Shown here: positions 28,822-41,805 of the stretch, one piece after another | How the letters are laid out: each line of letters begins with the position of its first letter | How positions within the stretch are numbered: the first letter of the stretch is position 1 | Source of the DNA: Eledone cirrhosa | Taxonomy: Eukaryota | Length of the DNA: 64,000 nucleotides | NCBI GenBank assembly: GCA_964016885.1 | Contig: OZ024741.1 | Location: 331,204,001 to 331,268,000, forward strand | Reading direction: 5' to 3' | Made by a program: the position numbers and the translations under genes | Notes under the pieces: generated by a model | Told to the model about the DNA's origin: nothing | Database searches by the model: none | What the model saw: the letters and a program-made list of their open reading frames with translations, nothing else

Positions 28822-31800
28822 CTACAAGTCAGCAATGCTCGGACACTGGACGAGTGCGTGTAGGACGGTTTCGTCGCCCTGCGCGCATCTTGGACATGCC
28901 CGGCTGACGGCACTTCCATGCCTGTAGAGTTTATCCCGAACTAGCAAAGCTCCTCGGTAGCAGTGCCAGGCCAGGGATTTCTGGAAGTTGTCCATAGGGC
29001 CTGGCCCGAAAGTCCTTCCGAAGAGATTGTCTAGTTGATTTTCGTCGACGCCTAGAGTTTCCCCAAGTACGTCCTCGCTCTTCCCCTCCACTAATCCTCT
29101 ATAGAACGCCAAGGTGGAGTTTCCACCGATCACATTGCCCGATTGGTCGAGGGCTGTGAGCGCCTTAAGACATTCCAGTCTCCAAGCGCTCCCTCTCGGT
29201 CTTCGCTTGACCCAGGACTGCAGCTCCGTCAAGGAAACGAGCTGGGGAAAGACGTGTCTAGCAAACGGCGACCACACCTGATCACCGTCGTGGAAGAGGT
29301 GGAGATGTCGTAGCCTGAGCGCGTGTCTGCGCATCATCAGCCACGGCATGCCCAGCCCTCCACGTAGCCGGTGTTGACAGCAGATGGACCGCCTAACCAT
29401 CGGAGCGCGTCCCTTCCACAAAAAGCGAAAGAGCAAACGCTCCAGCGCAGTCAGGCGGGGCTTAGGACAAGGTACGACGGTCAGGCGGTAGTAGATGACG
29501 GACGCGATGTACGCGTTAGTCACCTCCGCTCGACCTTTCAGGGATAGCTTCCTCTCCGCCCATTTATTGGTGAGAGAAGCCACCCTGCTCGTCACCTCGT
29601 CCCAGTTTTTGTCCGTCTGGAGGTCCGGACCGTACCAGACCCCTAGTAATTTAACCGGTCCGTCCGTCCAGCGCCCGACGACGCTTATGGACGGCATGGA
29701 CCTGCCTCTCCAGGTGCCTAGCTGCAGGCCCACTGACTTTTCTTGGTTGATCATTGCTCCTGTCACCGCTTCGTATTCTCTTAGTGTAGTGCCGATCGCC
29801 TCGATGTGTTTGGCGTTCGACACCACTACGGTGACATCGTCCGCATATGCTGACACGGATCTTCCGCATCCTAGTTCGCACGGGAGCCCCCCTCAACGTC
29901 ACCAGTTTGTGCAGTAATGGCTCGAGAGTCAATATGGACGAGAGGGGACATCCTTGGCGGACCGAGCGCATGATGTTGAACGGTTCCGAAAGGTGACCGT
30001 TCACCCTCACCACAGAGCATATGTCGCTGTGCATGGCAGCGATCCAGCCTCTGAAGACGGGCCCAAAGCCAGCCGCCCTCAGGACTGCCGCTAGGTAACG
30101 ATGGTCGACTCTATCGAAAGCTTTCGACTGATCTAAATTGATCAAGGACCCACCCGTGCCAGGTTCCCTAGCTACCCTCTCTACGATGTATCGTATGAGG
30201 TGGAGGTTGTCGTGGATGGATCTGTCGGGAATGGCGCACGTCTGCGCCTCTCCCACCAGACCACTAACGACAAGCGGCAACCTCTTTGCTAGCACCTTGG
30301 CCAAAATCTTGAACTCTGTGTTTAGCAGAGTTATCGGCCTGAAATTATCTATGTTATCCCCCTTGTTCGGATCCTTTCTCAGCAGCGCCACAGCTCCTCG
30401 GCTCACAGAGCTGGGAATTCTCCCGTTCTGTTGCCAGTTGCAGTAGACGTCCGCCAAGAGGCCTCCGAACAAGTCTGGCATCTGTACGTAAAGTTCATAG
30501 GGCAGACCATCCAAACCAGGCGATTTACCCCATGTGCAGCCAGTCATTGCCTCCCGTACTTCAGCGGCTATCGGCTTTTCGCAACACTCCGCCTCAGTGG
30601 CCGAGAGCCGCGGCAGTCCGTCGGGGTAGACACTAAAGTCCATCCCTCGATTCGGCTCGCCGCTGCCCCCGAACAGCTGGGCGAAGTGTCGCTGAAAAGC
30701 TTCACACATTTGCCCTGGATCGAGTAGCATGCGCCCGTCGTGGTCCACCAAAGACCGGATCGTGGCTTTGTTGCCACGACGCACCTCCGCCACACGGGCC
30801 CATTGAACGGCTTTCGTCCCCTCGTGTCTGAGAGCACGCACCCTAGCTCTGACAATGCAGCCTTCGTGCTTTGCATTGAAGAATTGGTCAAGGGCCAATT
30901 TCGCCGCAAGTACGTCGGTCGCGATGCCTTTGCTAAGCGCATCGTCTAATTTTCTAACTAGTTCTCACTCTGCTCTATTTTTCTCTATTGCTAAAGCCTA
31001 ACTAAACCTAATGGACTCTATTCTAATCGCTCTTTTCAGAGCAAACCACCACTTGTTGTTGACGATGGCCCCGTCAACGCCCGCTTAACTAGTTCGCTAA
31101 TCCGGTCTCTGTAGGCCTTGCGCGCTGGTAAGGACGCGTTTAGCTTCCAGCAGCCGGGTCCTCGTCTATGAAGCCTATCTAAGTCAATCACAAAAATCAC
31201 GAATTTGTGGTCCGTGTAGCTGACTATCTTGAATTGTGGACAGCCTATGCTAGACCTATCTATTTCCATACAAAATACTCTATCTAGATATGATCTGGAT
31301 GACCCGATACGGTTTGTCCAAGTCCACATTGGCACATTCGGGAAATTCAATCGGTACCTGTCAGACAGTTCAAAACGCCTGAGCAGGTTGGTGAGGCTCT
31401 TGCACCATCCTCCCCTATCCGCTAATCCCACACAGTCCCAGTGTGCATCTAAGATCCCGTTCCAGTCGCCCACTAACACTAAAGAGCGGGACGTTCCAAG
31501 AAAGGTCTCCAGACGCCGGAAGAAATCAGGCCGCCCTGCTCCTGTCGGGGCATAGACGGCCACTAGCCTGAAAGCTTGCCCGCCTCCGCTGGTCACGTCC
31601 AGCACCACCAACTTACCTTCTGGGTCCAGGAAGATGGCCCGTATGGCGAGATCCAAACCTCTCCGAAAAAGCACAGCAACTCCGCCCCCCCCGATCCAGG
31701 ACGGCTGGGAGATGCGTACACATCGTAGCCGCCGAAGATCGGTGCGAAGGCTCGTGCTTCGGAGATTCTGGTCTTGCTGATGGCCACTACATCTATGTTT

Positions 31801-31889
31801 AGTGACCTGAGGTCGTTGAGCAGGTGGCCCTGCTTCCATGACGACCCCAAGCCACGCGCATTTATGCTGCCTATTCTGAGTGAGGACAT
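28822..31889 (-). pseudogene. Tx1-like ORF2: APE endonuclease, RT and C-terminal zinc knuckle
   Basis: IGSINARGL, VYAP, GDWN, SYLDRV, TDHK, WKLN; KSPGLDGLP, NFRPITLLN, DQSKAFDRV, QGCPLS, YADD; CPRC...HALVQC. Frameshifted. Confidence 0.92.
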
Positions 31890-31999
31890 GTTGAAATGGA
31901 GTGGAAAAGATGGGAAAGACCACTTACCTTACTTCTCGTAGAGGAAGGATGGTTTCTCCATCCTTTTCACTGCTTGTGGCCTCCGCCGGAAAGATGTCC

Positions 32000-33854
32000 T
32001 TATAAATCCTCCTGGAGAGTGCTTGTCGGAAGTCTCCGATGTCTTTGGGGAATTTTTGTTTTAGTGTCGTGTACGTTTTCTGTGTGATGCGAGTGATTTG
32101 TATGTGTGGATGTGGTGTGAACTTTTGGGTTGTTGTGTAGTCTTTTTCTGTGATGCTGGTGTTGTGTTGGATGTAGTGTAATAATTGGTTGTTGTTCAAA
32201 TTTAATGCTGTGTAGTGTGTATCGTTTTGGTTGTTTTGTTTTGTTTGCGTTTGTTGTGGGTTTGTTTCTGTTTCGCTTTTTGGTGACTTTTGTGGTGTTG
32301 GTAATGGTGGTGTTGGGGTTAATGATGGTGATGGTGTTGGTGTTTGTGGTGATGGGGGTTGGTGATGCTGGTGTGGATGGTGGCGTATCTGTCCTAACTA
32401 TTTTTGTTTGATAGTTTATTTGTTTCCCTCTGTATTTTGTTTTTGGAGGGGGAGGGAAGAGAATTCTTTCTTTTTTGGTTTCTTTTTTCTTTTTTCCTGA
32501 TACCGTTTCCCACTCCTCGTCGTCACAATCTGTCTCCCGTTGTGATAGGCCGGGGAGTGGAAAATCCTCCACAGGCGTTGGTTTTAGTTGTGGCGTGGTG
32601 GATGGTGTAGGCGCTGGTGCTAGTTCTGGCGCGTTGGGTGGTGGTGGTGTTGGTTTTGCTACTGTTGCTAGGGTTGTTGCTGTTACAGTTGCTTCTGTTG
32701 TTGCTGCTACAGTTGTTGCTGCCATCTCTGCTGCTGGTGGTGTTGATGGTTGAGTCACTGGGGTGGGTAAGAGAGGTGGCCTCAACCTTTTAGCCTGAGG
32801 GCAGAAAGCCCTTAGGTGGGTTCCTTCACCACAAACGACACACCTAGGCCTTCTGCCCTCGACAATTACGGTGAGGTGGCTGCCGTCAGTGAGGTCTATT
32901 ACCTCTGGGATCTCCTCAATGCTCTTTTGGTCCGCTTGGATCAGGAGCTCCATCCCTGATCCGGACCAGTTCTACTGCTTTTCTTTCGCTATTTCGATTA
33001 TCTTGGTGTTGGCTTCGATGCTGGCGAGGACGGCAGCTATTAGCCAGGGAATTTCGATGGCCGGTGGAACGTGGGTCACCTTGATCTTTACGAGTCTCTG
33101 GCCACAATAGCTTGGGACGAGTGTGAAGTCGTCACTTCTTAATGGGGCCATGGAGTGTTCTCTAGCCTCCTGTGGTGTTTCAAAGAACACGTCCACGGTT
33201 CCATATTTCTGCCCACGTCTGATGTGGTTTTTTTTTGCCCACACATGTCCCAAAGCTTTTTGGATTTGGGACTCGGATGCCTGTTCCACTCGGCGCGATT
33301 TTATATTAATTGTTCGATAAGACGCATAGGCGCCGATGCTCCATTTTATTTGGCGGTGGGTAGGGGGGGGGGTGAGGCTGACCCTGTACCCATCTTTCTT
33401 TACCATTTTTTTGGCTTCTTCTAATTCCTCCTGAGTTACCTGAAATGCTTCGCACTGTTTTGCTACTCTGGCAAAACTCGGCGATTTTCTTGATGTCATT
33501 GTTGCTGTTGTTGTTATCGTTATTTTTGTTATTGTTAATTTTAGTTTCAGTTGTGGTGGTGGTGGCGTCAGTGGTGTTCGGTGTGGAAGAGTTCATTTTG
33601 GTTGAATTAATTTCGATATCACGAGTTAATTTATTTTTTTCTTTTGTTTCTGTTGTCGCGGTGGTGGTGGTGGGGGTGGCGGCTTTAACACCTGCAGTCA
33701 TTGGTAATGGCGGGAAATGAATGTCTGCCTGAGACAAATTTAAAATATTGCTACTGCTTATATTTTTAGTGTTGGCAAACGTAGTAATATTTACAATGGT
33801 GGTGTCGGTGTGAGGTGTTAGTTTGTGAGGAAGGTGTGACTCTGAGTCGGCCAT
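32000..33854 (-). pseudogene. Tx1-like ORF1 (nucleic-acid-binding protein)
   Basis: Three successive frames: a T/N-rich N-terminus, a possible RRM-like block (YGTVDVFFETPQEA), a CCHC knuckle CVVCGEGTHLRAFC and a P/T/K-rich tail. Confidence 0.8.
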
Positions 33855-34068
33855 GATTTTTCAAAGAAATTTTTTTTGTTTGATAATTATAAAAGTTTAA
33901 ATTTTGGGATCAAGGCCCCAATCTTTTTGAGTGTCCTTTTCAGAAATCAATGTATGTGCACTTATATACAGTTAACAATAAAAATTTCCATAAATGGCAA
34001 TTTTAAACAACTGAAAATAACAAACCTTTGCGGAGCTCACGATGATACGATTTACTACGTAGGTCGCC

Positions 34069-34110
<42 letters not shown>

Positions 34111-34112
<2 letters not shown>

Positions 34113-36318
34113 TTTCTTTATTGGCCACAAGGGCTGACATCAAGAAAAACATTACAGACAGCACAGGACGGTACGATGTGGGTTTTGTTCGTGTAAAGAT
34201 TTTTATTATTTAAGAAAAGAAAAAGAAAAAGACATACAAACATATATATATATAAACAATAAAAATGAAAATTGAAACAATGAAAAATTCCCCAATAGGG
34301 GGGAAACCTCCGAGGGTTACTCGTGGTGAAAACCACACAAAAGACCATGGCCACCCTGACCACCTCTCTCAACTTTTCCATTTCTCAAACTACAGGCGTA
34401 TATTCAGAGCGGTCTCGTTCACTTGGACCATTCTCGCTACATTCACCCACCTTTCAACAAACTTGCTAGAAGGCAGCACTTGCCTCTCCACCCTGATTTT
34501 CCTCTTCAAGTGAAACTTGAAAAGGTTAATTAGGGATTCGCCGAAGAGGAAAGTGTCTGTCTTTAACCCTTTCAACCTTGTCCACCACACAATCTCTTTC
34601 GCCATGGCCACCAGGCAGATGAAAACCGCCTGCCCTTCCTCCTCGAAGGAAGATGGCGAGACCATCTGCACAATGGACTCAGTTGATAACTGGATCAGTC
34701 CTACACGTGAGAGCAACTGTTCGACATAGCTCCACAAGTCAGCAATGCTCGGGCACTGAATGAGTGTATGCACGACAGTTTCGTCGCTCTGCGCGCATCT
34801 CGGACAGGCTCGGCTGACGGCACTTCCGTACCTGTAGAACTTATCTCGACACCACCACGGTGACGTAGTCGGCGTAAGCTGACTCGGATTTCCCACATCC
34901 TAGTTCGCGTGGGACGCCCCTCATCATCCCCAGTTTGTGCAGTAACGGCTCGAGAGCTAATACGTACAAGAGGGACGAGAGGGGACAACCCTGGTGGTCC
35001 GAGTGCATGATGCTGAATGGCTGCGACAGGTGACCGTTCACCCTCACAACTGAGTAGATGTCGCTGTACATCGCAGCGATACAACCCCTGAAAACGGGCC
35101 CGAAACCGGCTGCCTCGAGGACCGCCGCCAGGTACTGATGGTTGACTCTATCGAATGCTTTGGATTGATCCAAGTTGATCAGGGCCCCACCCGTGCCAGG
35201 TTTCTTAACCACCCTCTCTATGATGTATCGCCTGAGGTGTAGGTTGTCATGTATGGATCTGTCCGGAATGGCACATGGCTGTACCTCTCCCACCAGACCC
35301 TCGACGACAAGCGTCATCCTCTTTGCTAACACCTTGGCCAAAATCTTGAACTCTGCGTTTAGCAGGGTTATGGGCCTGAAGTTATCGATAACATCCCCTT
35401 TTTTGGGTCTTTTCTCAGCAGCGCCACTGCTCCCCAGCTCACAAAACTGCTGCCAGTTGCAGTAGACGTCTGCCAAGAGGTCACCGAACAAGTCTGGCAT
35501 AAATGCATAAAGCTCGTAGGGCAGACCATCCAAACCTGGCGATTTACCCATCGTGCAGTTAGCCATTGCTTCCCGTATTTCACCAGCTGTTATTGGCTTT
35601 TCGCAACACTGTGCTGCGGTCGTTGAGAGCCGAGGCAGTCCGTCGAGGTATGCACTGAAGTCCATACCCCGATCCAGCTCGCCGCTGCTCCCGAACAGTT
35701 CAGCAAAGTGCTGCTGAAAAGCTTTACACTTCTGCTCGGGTTCGAGCAACACGCGCCCGTTTTGGTCAGATAAAGACTGAATTGTGGCTTTGTTGCCACG
35801 TCACACCTCTGCCTCCCAGGGGCCCATTGGACGGCTTTTGTCCCCTCGTGTTTCAGAGCACGCGCTCTAGCTCTGACAACGCAGCCTTCGTGTTTTGCGT
35901 TGAAGAATTGGTCGAGTGCCATCTCGCCGCAAACACGTCGGTTGCGATGCCTGTTCTAAACGCCTCTTCTCGCTTTCTGACTAGCTCTCCCTCTACTCTA
36001 TTTTCCTACATCACTAGTCCTTGGCTAAACCTAATCGACTCTACTTTAATTGCCCATTTCAGGGCGAACCACCACCTGTTGTTGACGACTGCTCCCCTCA
36101 ACACCCGCTTAACTAATACGCTAATCCAGTCTCTGTAGGCTTTGCGTGCTGGGAAAGATGCGTTCAGCTTCCAGTAACCGGGTCCTTGTCTATGAAGTCT
36201 GTCTATGTCAATCTCACAGATCACAAATTTGTGGTCTGTGTAGTCGACTATTTTAAATTGTGGACAACTTATACTAGCCTTATCTAGTTCTCTGCAGAAT
36301 ACCCTATCGAGATATGAT
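34111..36318 (-). mobile_element. Second Tx1-like copy, 5'-truncated and internally deleted
   Basis: Starts at SYLDRV after (ATT)n; DQSKAFDRV, QGCPLS, YADY; jumps to DKFYRYGSAVSRACPRC at ~34848; same cccttgtgg.caataaagaaa.c(ATT)n 3' end. Confidence 0.92.
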
Positions 36319-36414
36319 AATAATAATAATAAGATCCCGTTAAGGGTGAAAGCAGCGATTCTTTGCTTAAACTGTTATTTTAATAAATATATGTATATAT
36401 ATATATATATATAT

Positions 36415-36972
36415 ATAAAATATTAAACAAATAATGAATAAACAATGAGACAGTTCCTTATATTAAACAAAAAAAGTTCATTATTTAACGATCGTTTCTA
36501 GGATATATATGTGTTAGAATTGGCATGCATATTCAACAGATCTATGTACAAAATTATACAAAATTATACAAACTATCAAGATTAAATATACATACCAACA
36601 CATATATACGCCGTCTTCAGAAATAATTATTTCTGAAGACGGCGTATATATGTGTTGGTATGTATATTTAATCTTGATAGTTTGTATAATTTTGTATAAT
36701 TTTGTACATAGATCTGTTGAATATGCATGCCAATTCTAACACATATATATCCTAGAAACGATCGTTAAATAATGAACTTTTTTTGTTTAATATAAGGAAC
36801 TGTCTCATTGTTTATTCATTATTTGTTTAATATTTTATCTTGACTCTGTATACCGTTTATCTTTCACCGAAAGTGATTTTTCATTACATCTCTTCTTTCC
36901 ATGATATCCGGAATACATTGAGTTCTTCATACGGATTGGACACTACCGTAAACTCTTGGTAGATTTATCTAC
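36415..36972. mobile_element. Perfect 424-bp palindrome (212-bp arms, no spacer) plus ~134-bp tail, Penelope-like
   Basis: 36415-36626 is the reverse complement of 36627-36838 (centre aaataa|ttattt); (TA)n on both flanks. Confidence 0.88.
36627..36772 (+). ncRNA. Type I hammerhead ribozyme with extended stem II (mirror copy at 36481-36626 on the minus strand)
   Basis: TTATTT-CTGAAGA-cggcg-TATATATGTGTTGG...CTAACACATATATA-tccta-GAAAC-GATC-GTT-AAATAA. Confidence 0.65.
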
Positions 36973-37019
36973 ATATATATATATATATATATTTATATGT
37001 AAAAGAGATTACAGGTTAG

Positions 37020-37467
37020 AAAATAAAAGTGGAAATGCATATTTTAAGAATCTCTTTTACTTTAATCTACTAAAACAAATATTTCTATATTTAAGTACAC
37101 CAACTAAATTGAGGTTTTATCAAATATTTTTACAGGTTTTGATTGATTATGATAATCTTTTCAAATAATCATTAATTTACTTCATCAAATTGTGAAAATT
37201 TTTGTGAAACATCAAAATTTGATAAAAGTAATGTAATTATAAATTAATTGAAAAGATGCCGTAATCAATCGAAACTGGTAAAAATATTTGATAGAATTAA
37301 AATTTACTTGATGTACCAAATATAGAAATATTTGTGTTGTTGAATTAAGTGTGTGAGTGTGTGTGTGTGTGCATGTGTATGCATGTGTATGTGTGTGTAT
37401 GCGTGGGTTAAAGAGAAATAGATTCTTTAAATACACTTCTGTGCATTTCAACATTTATTTTTTACTC

Positions 37468-37506
<39 letters not shown>

Positions 37507-37570
37507 TGTAAAAAATAAAAATGAAAATGTACAGAAGTGTATTTAAAGAATCTATTTCACTTTAATTCAA
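37020..37570. repeat. Degenerate alternating inverted repeats (foldback)
   Basis: 37020-37190 pairs with 37215-37465, and 37405-37465 pairs with 37508-37566; interrupted by TG/CA microsatellites. Confidence 0.65.
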
Positions 37571-39108
37571 GCAAACACACATGCACATGCATACATAGTC
37601 ACACACGCATACAGACTCTCACACACACGTACACATACGCAAAAGCTCACACACATCCACTTACACACACACACACTCATACACACACACACACACACAT
37701 ATGCACTCATACATACCCACTCCCACACACCCACCCATACAAGTGTGGGTACAAATGAAGAAAACACGTAATCACGTAATGTGGAAGTTCAAATCAATCC
37801 AATCTAATCCATCTAATCCAGGGCATTTTTATTCCTGTTGGATTATCATCATCATCTCATCATATAAGATTCTAATTTATATATATATATATATAAAATT
37901 AGAATCTTATTTTTTGCTTTAGTACAGCTGATACATACATATACATACTTACATTTATATATACATACATATATGTATGTATATGCGCGTGTATTATTTT
38001 TGGCGGTAACCTCCCCCTTCCATCTTCGGGACAGTGTGAGATTTTCTTTAGAACTGCTGGACTTGCAACCTAACAGTTCACTCTAGCACTGATGGTGATT
38101 ATCGCTAAATATTGATGTTGATTTGGATATCAATATTAATGTTATTGGGTACCCACTGAAGATTTATAAGAGCCCACTTGAATAAGAATCTATTGATCTT
38201 ACACAAACTTCTACATAACTTGGTATAATTTCACCCACCATGTAGAAATCTTATAATGAAACGATTCATCTGGGAAGTGATATATTTGATATATCTCATA
38301 TAAAATAATTGTTTCTACTTTTGGCACAAGGCCAGCAATTACTCAGTACATTACTGGTACTTTATTTTATCGACCCCGTAAGGATGAAAGGCAAAGTTAA
38401 CCTCGGCGGGATTTGAACTCAGAATGGCAAGGGCCGTAACTCTATGCGTCAAAGCATGGCGTCCGACCCTCTACCGACAGCCAATTATCCACACAATACA
38501 ATATAGTTAGCACCCCAAACGTTTAATTGGGAATATACTCCGGTATTTCCTAATGTTTGTTGAGTGAGTTGGAATTTGGCCGGAGTATCGCTAATAGCTT
38601 TCTCCGTTTATGTATTTATGTACATATATATATATATATATATATACATGTATATATACATGTATGTATCCAAACCAAATCAATCTAATCCAGGGCCTTT
38701 TCACTCCTGTTGGAGGAACCCCTCCCTGGTTGACCTTCATCACTTTCTGTTTGGTTTTGGTTAGGTCAGGGGTGTAGCTGTAGTCCCCTCACTTGGCAAA
38801 TTATAGATTGATGAGGCTATTTAACTCATAGTTGGGGTGGATGGCCATTGAATCTGAGGAGTTTATCCATTAAGAATATTTCTATTAACAGATTGTCTCA
38901 TAGCTGCATTACCATCAGTTTCAAGATGTGAATATATGTCTTTCATCAGATTCATGGATTTTATTCTCCAATGTATCTGAGGAAATAGATGTGTTTATAT
39001 CTTATAACTGCTGGTAATGTGGAGATATATTAAAACTGTTTATTTAAATACTCTCAACTACACCCACACACCCACACTCTCTCTCTCTCTCACACACATA
39101 CACATATA

Positions 39109-39139
<31 letters not shown>

Positions 39140-39146
<7 letters not shown>

Positions 39147-39582
39147 AAGTAAAATAAATAAGTCAAATGTTTAAAATTTAGCTTCGTTTATTACTGCTAT
39201 ATATATTTCGGTGACAGCCATCTTTGGCTGTGACCTCTTCAGGCAGTTCGAATTAGTGTGGTAGAGACAAGTACATATGTTGTTGAGGTGTATAATTTTG
39301 TCAATACTCTGATATGTCCAGTTCCTGGTTGGGTTGTTATTTCACTGAGGAACTGGAATCATGATTCCAGTTCCTCAACACCTCAACAACATATGTACTT
39401 GTCTCTACCACACTAATTCGGACTGTCTGAAGAGGTCACAGCCAAAGATGGCTGTCACCGAAATATATATAGCAGTAATAAACGAAGCTAAATTTTAAAC
39501 ATTTGACTTATTTATTTTACTTTATTTTACATTACTCCGGAGTAACCAAACCAACCTGCGCACTTCGTCGAGTGCTCCTTTC
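39140..39582. mobile_element. Inverted-repeat element (152-bp arms) with two hammerheads and a ~50-bp tail
   Basis: Arms at 39140-39291 and 39378-39529; the spacer holds a 32-bp perfect palindrome at 39346-39377. Confidence 0.88.
39422..39476 (+). ncRNA. Minimal type I hammerhead (mirror copy at 39193-39247 on the minus strand)
   Basis: ACTGT-CTGAAGA-GGTCACAGCCA aaga TGGCTGTCACC-GAAA-TATATA-TA-GCAGT. Confidence 0.8.
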
Positions 39583-39719
<137 letters not shown>

Positions 39720-40208
39720 ACTAACAACTAGTTACCGCTCTACATGGCTGAATACAATAAATGTAATCTGAGTTTTTCGAATATTAATAATAATATTTGA
39801 TTTGTTTGCAATTATGCAAACATCCTCTATTATAAGCCATGTCAGTAGAATGACCCCCTCATTCTTGCCCTTGTGTTGGCATGCAAACAGAACTGCAGAC
39901 ACTAATATTTCTGGGTGATTACCTTTCATCAGTGCAGTTTACTGCTTACCTGCCAATCAGTCACTGTATATTTCAGAACATATCATATATTTTCACTAGT
40001 TCTGACAGTTGGCAGGTAAGCAGTAAACTGCACTGATGAAGGGTAATCACCCAGAAACATTAGTGTCTGCAGTTCTGTTTGCATGCCAACACAAGGGTGA
40101 GAATGTGGGGTTTATTCTACTAACATGGCTTATAAAAGAGGCTGTTTGCATAATTGCAAACAAATCAAATATTATTATTAATATTAAAAAAACTCAGATT
40201 ACATTTAT
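39720..40208. mobile_element. Inverted-repeat element (200-bp arms) with two hammerheads and a ~37-bp tail
   Basis: Arms at 39757-39956 and 40009-40208, moderately diverged; partial third copy at 42862-43003. Confidence 0.85.
40027..40073 (+). ncRNA. Type I hammerhead with GUC cleavage triplet (mirror copy at 39892-39938 on the minus strand)
   Basis: ACTGCA-CTGATGA-A-GGGT aatc ACCC-A-GAAACA ttag TGTC-TGCAGT. Confidence 0.78.
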
Positions 40209-40394
40209 ATACATACATATTTTCTCTGTGATTATGTCTATATCTCCAAATATTTCTCACTAAAAACTCCTTTCTCTTCAAACCTATATAATATATAAAC
40301 ACATTGAACTAATTCTGAAAAGATGAGGCAATTATATACTATCATATATAACACTCTACTTTCCTTTGAGCATTGTATATATAGTTTTACTTTG

Positions 40395-40458
<64 letters not shown>

Positions 40459-40502
40459 AATTAAGATGATAAAAGTTCTTAAATCATTTAATCTTCTGTT
40501 AT

Positions 40503-40701
<199 letters not shown>

Positions 40702-41296
40702 ATTGTATGGGTATATTTATTTCTATATATAATACATACACATTGGCACATAATAAAACACAAATACAAGCTTTTTCACACACAAACATGCTGACACATA
40801 CAAATACACATAAACACACAAACATATACTTTAATATATACACAGTAAAGAGCAAAATGAGAATTGGAGGAAAACTAAAAGATGAGAGAGACTGAAGAAA
40901 TAGGAAAATGAAGAAGGGAAAAAGTAGTAAAGTGAAGCTGAGCTTAGCCAGATATTTTCCCGTCCAAATGTCCTTTAGTGGCACCATTAATTACAGGAAA
41001 TTGCAGAACTATTAATTCGCAATTAGAACGTACAGTTTAGCATTTCATTATTGCCGAAGCAGTTCGTTCAGATTTCGAGGCAAAAGCAGGAATTTTATTT
41101 ATTTACCAGCAAATGTTAGCATCAATTATTGTTTCACGTTGGCAATGAAAGAAGGAACATTTGATGGACAATTATGAAAATCTACCGAAAATAGGTTCCA
41201 TTTGTTTATATATTTACCTAGAGATTTTCTTCTTCATGATCTTATTTCTTTCTTTCTTTCTTTAATTATTTATATATTTCTTTATTTAATCATTCT

Positions 41297-41330
<34 letters not shown>

Positions 41331-41347
41331 CACACAAACACACACAC

Positions 41348-41393
<46 letters not shown>

Positions 41394-41761
41394 GTATATA
41401 TTTATTTATATATTTATTTACTTATATATATATTTATTTATTTAATTATATATATCTATATTTATTTATTTATTTATTTAATTATATATATTTATATTTG
41501 TTTATATTTATTTATTTATTTAATTATTCTGTTTTTGGAAAATAATTAGCAATCTGAATTTCTGGAAAGAAAAGGAGGAATATTAATCAATTATTGTAGG
41601 TAAACTATATTAAAATTTCTTATTAATTGGATGCTTGTATTTCTACCAAGTATTTAATGTATATGTATGTGTATATATGTGTGAATGCATATATGTGTGT
41701 GTGTATATACATATATATATATATATATATTATAAACACACTTATATAAATACATGCATAC

Positions 41762-41805
<44 letters not shown>

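Larger units (their letters stand above)
28477..34068 (-). mobile_element. Tx1-like (L1-clade) non-LTR retrotransposon, apparently full length (~5.6 kb), decayed
   Basis: ORF1 from 33854 and ORF2 from 31889; AATAAA followed by (ATT)n at the 3' end; (ATT)n directly at the 5' end. Confidence 0.92.

Noticed and set aside
38670-39050. Possible host exon
   Set aside because: No sustained ORF; its end recurs at ~37795-37842, indicating an old repeat remnant that I could not classify.
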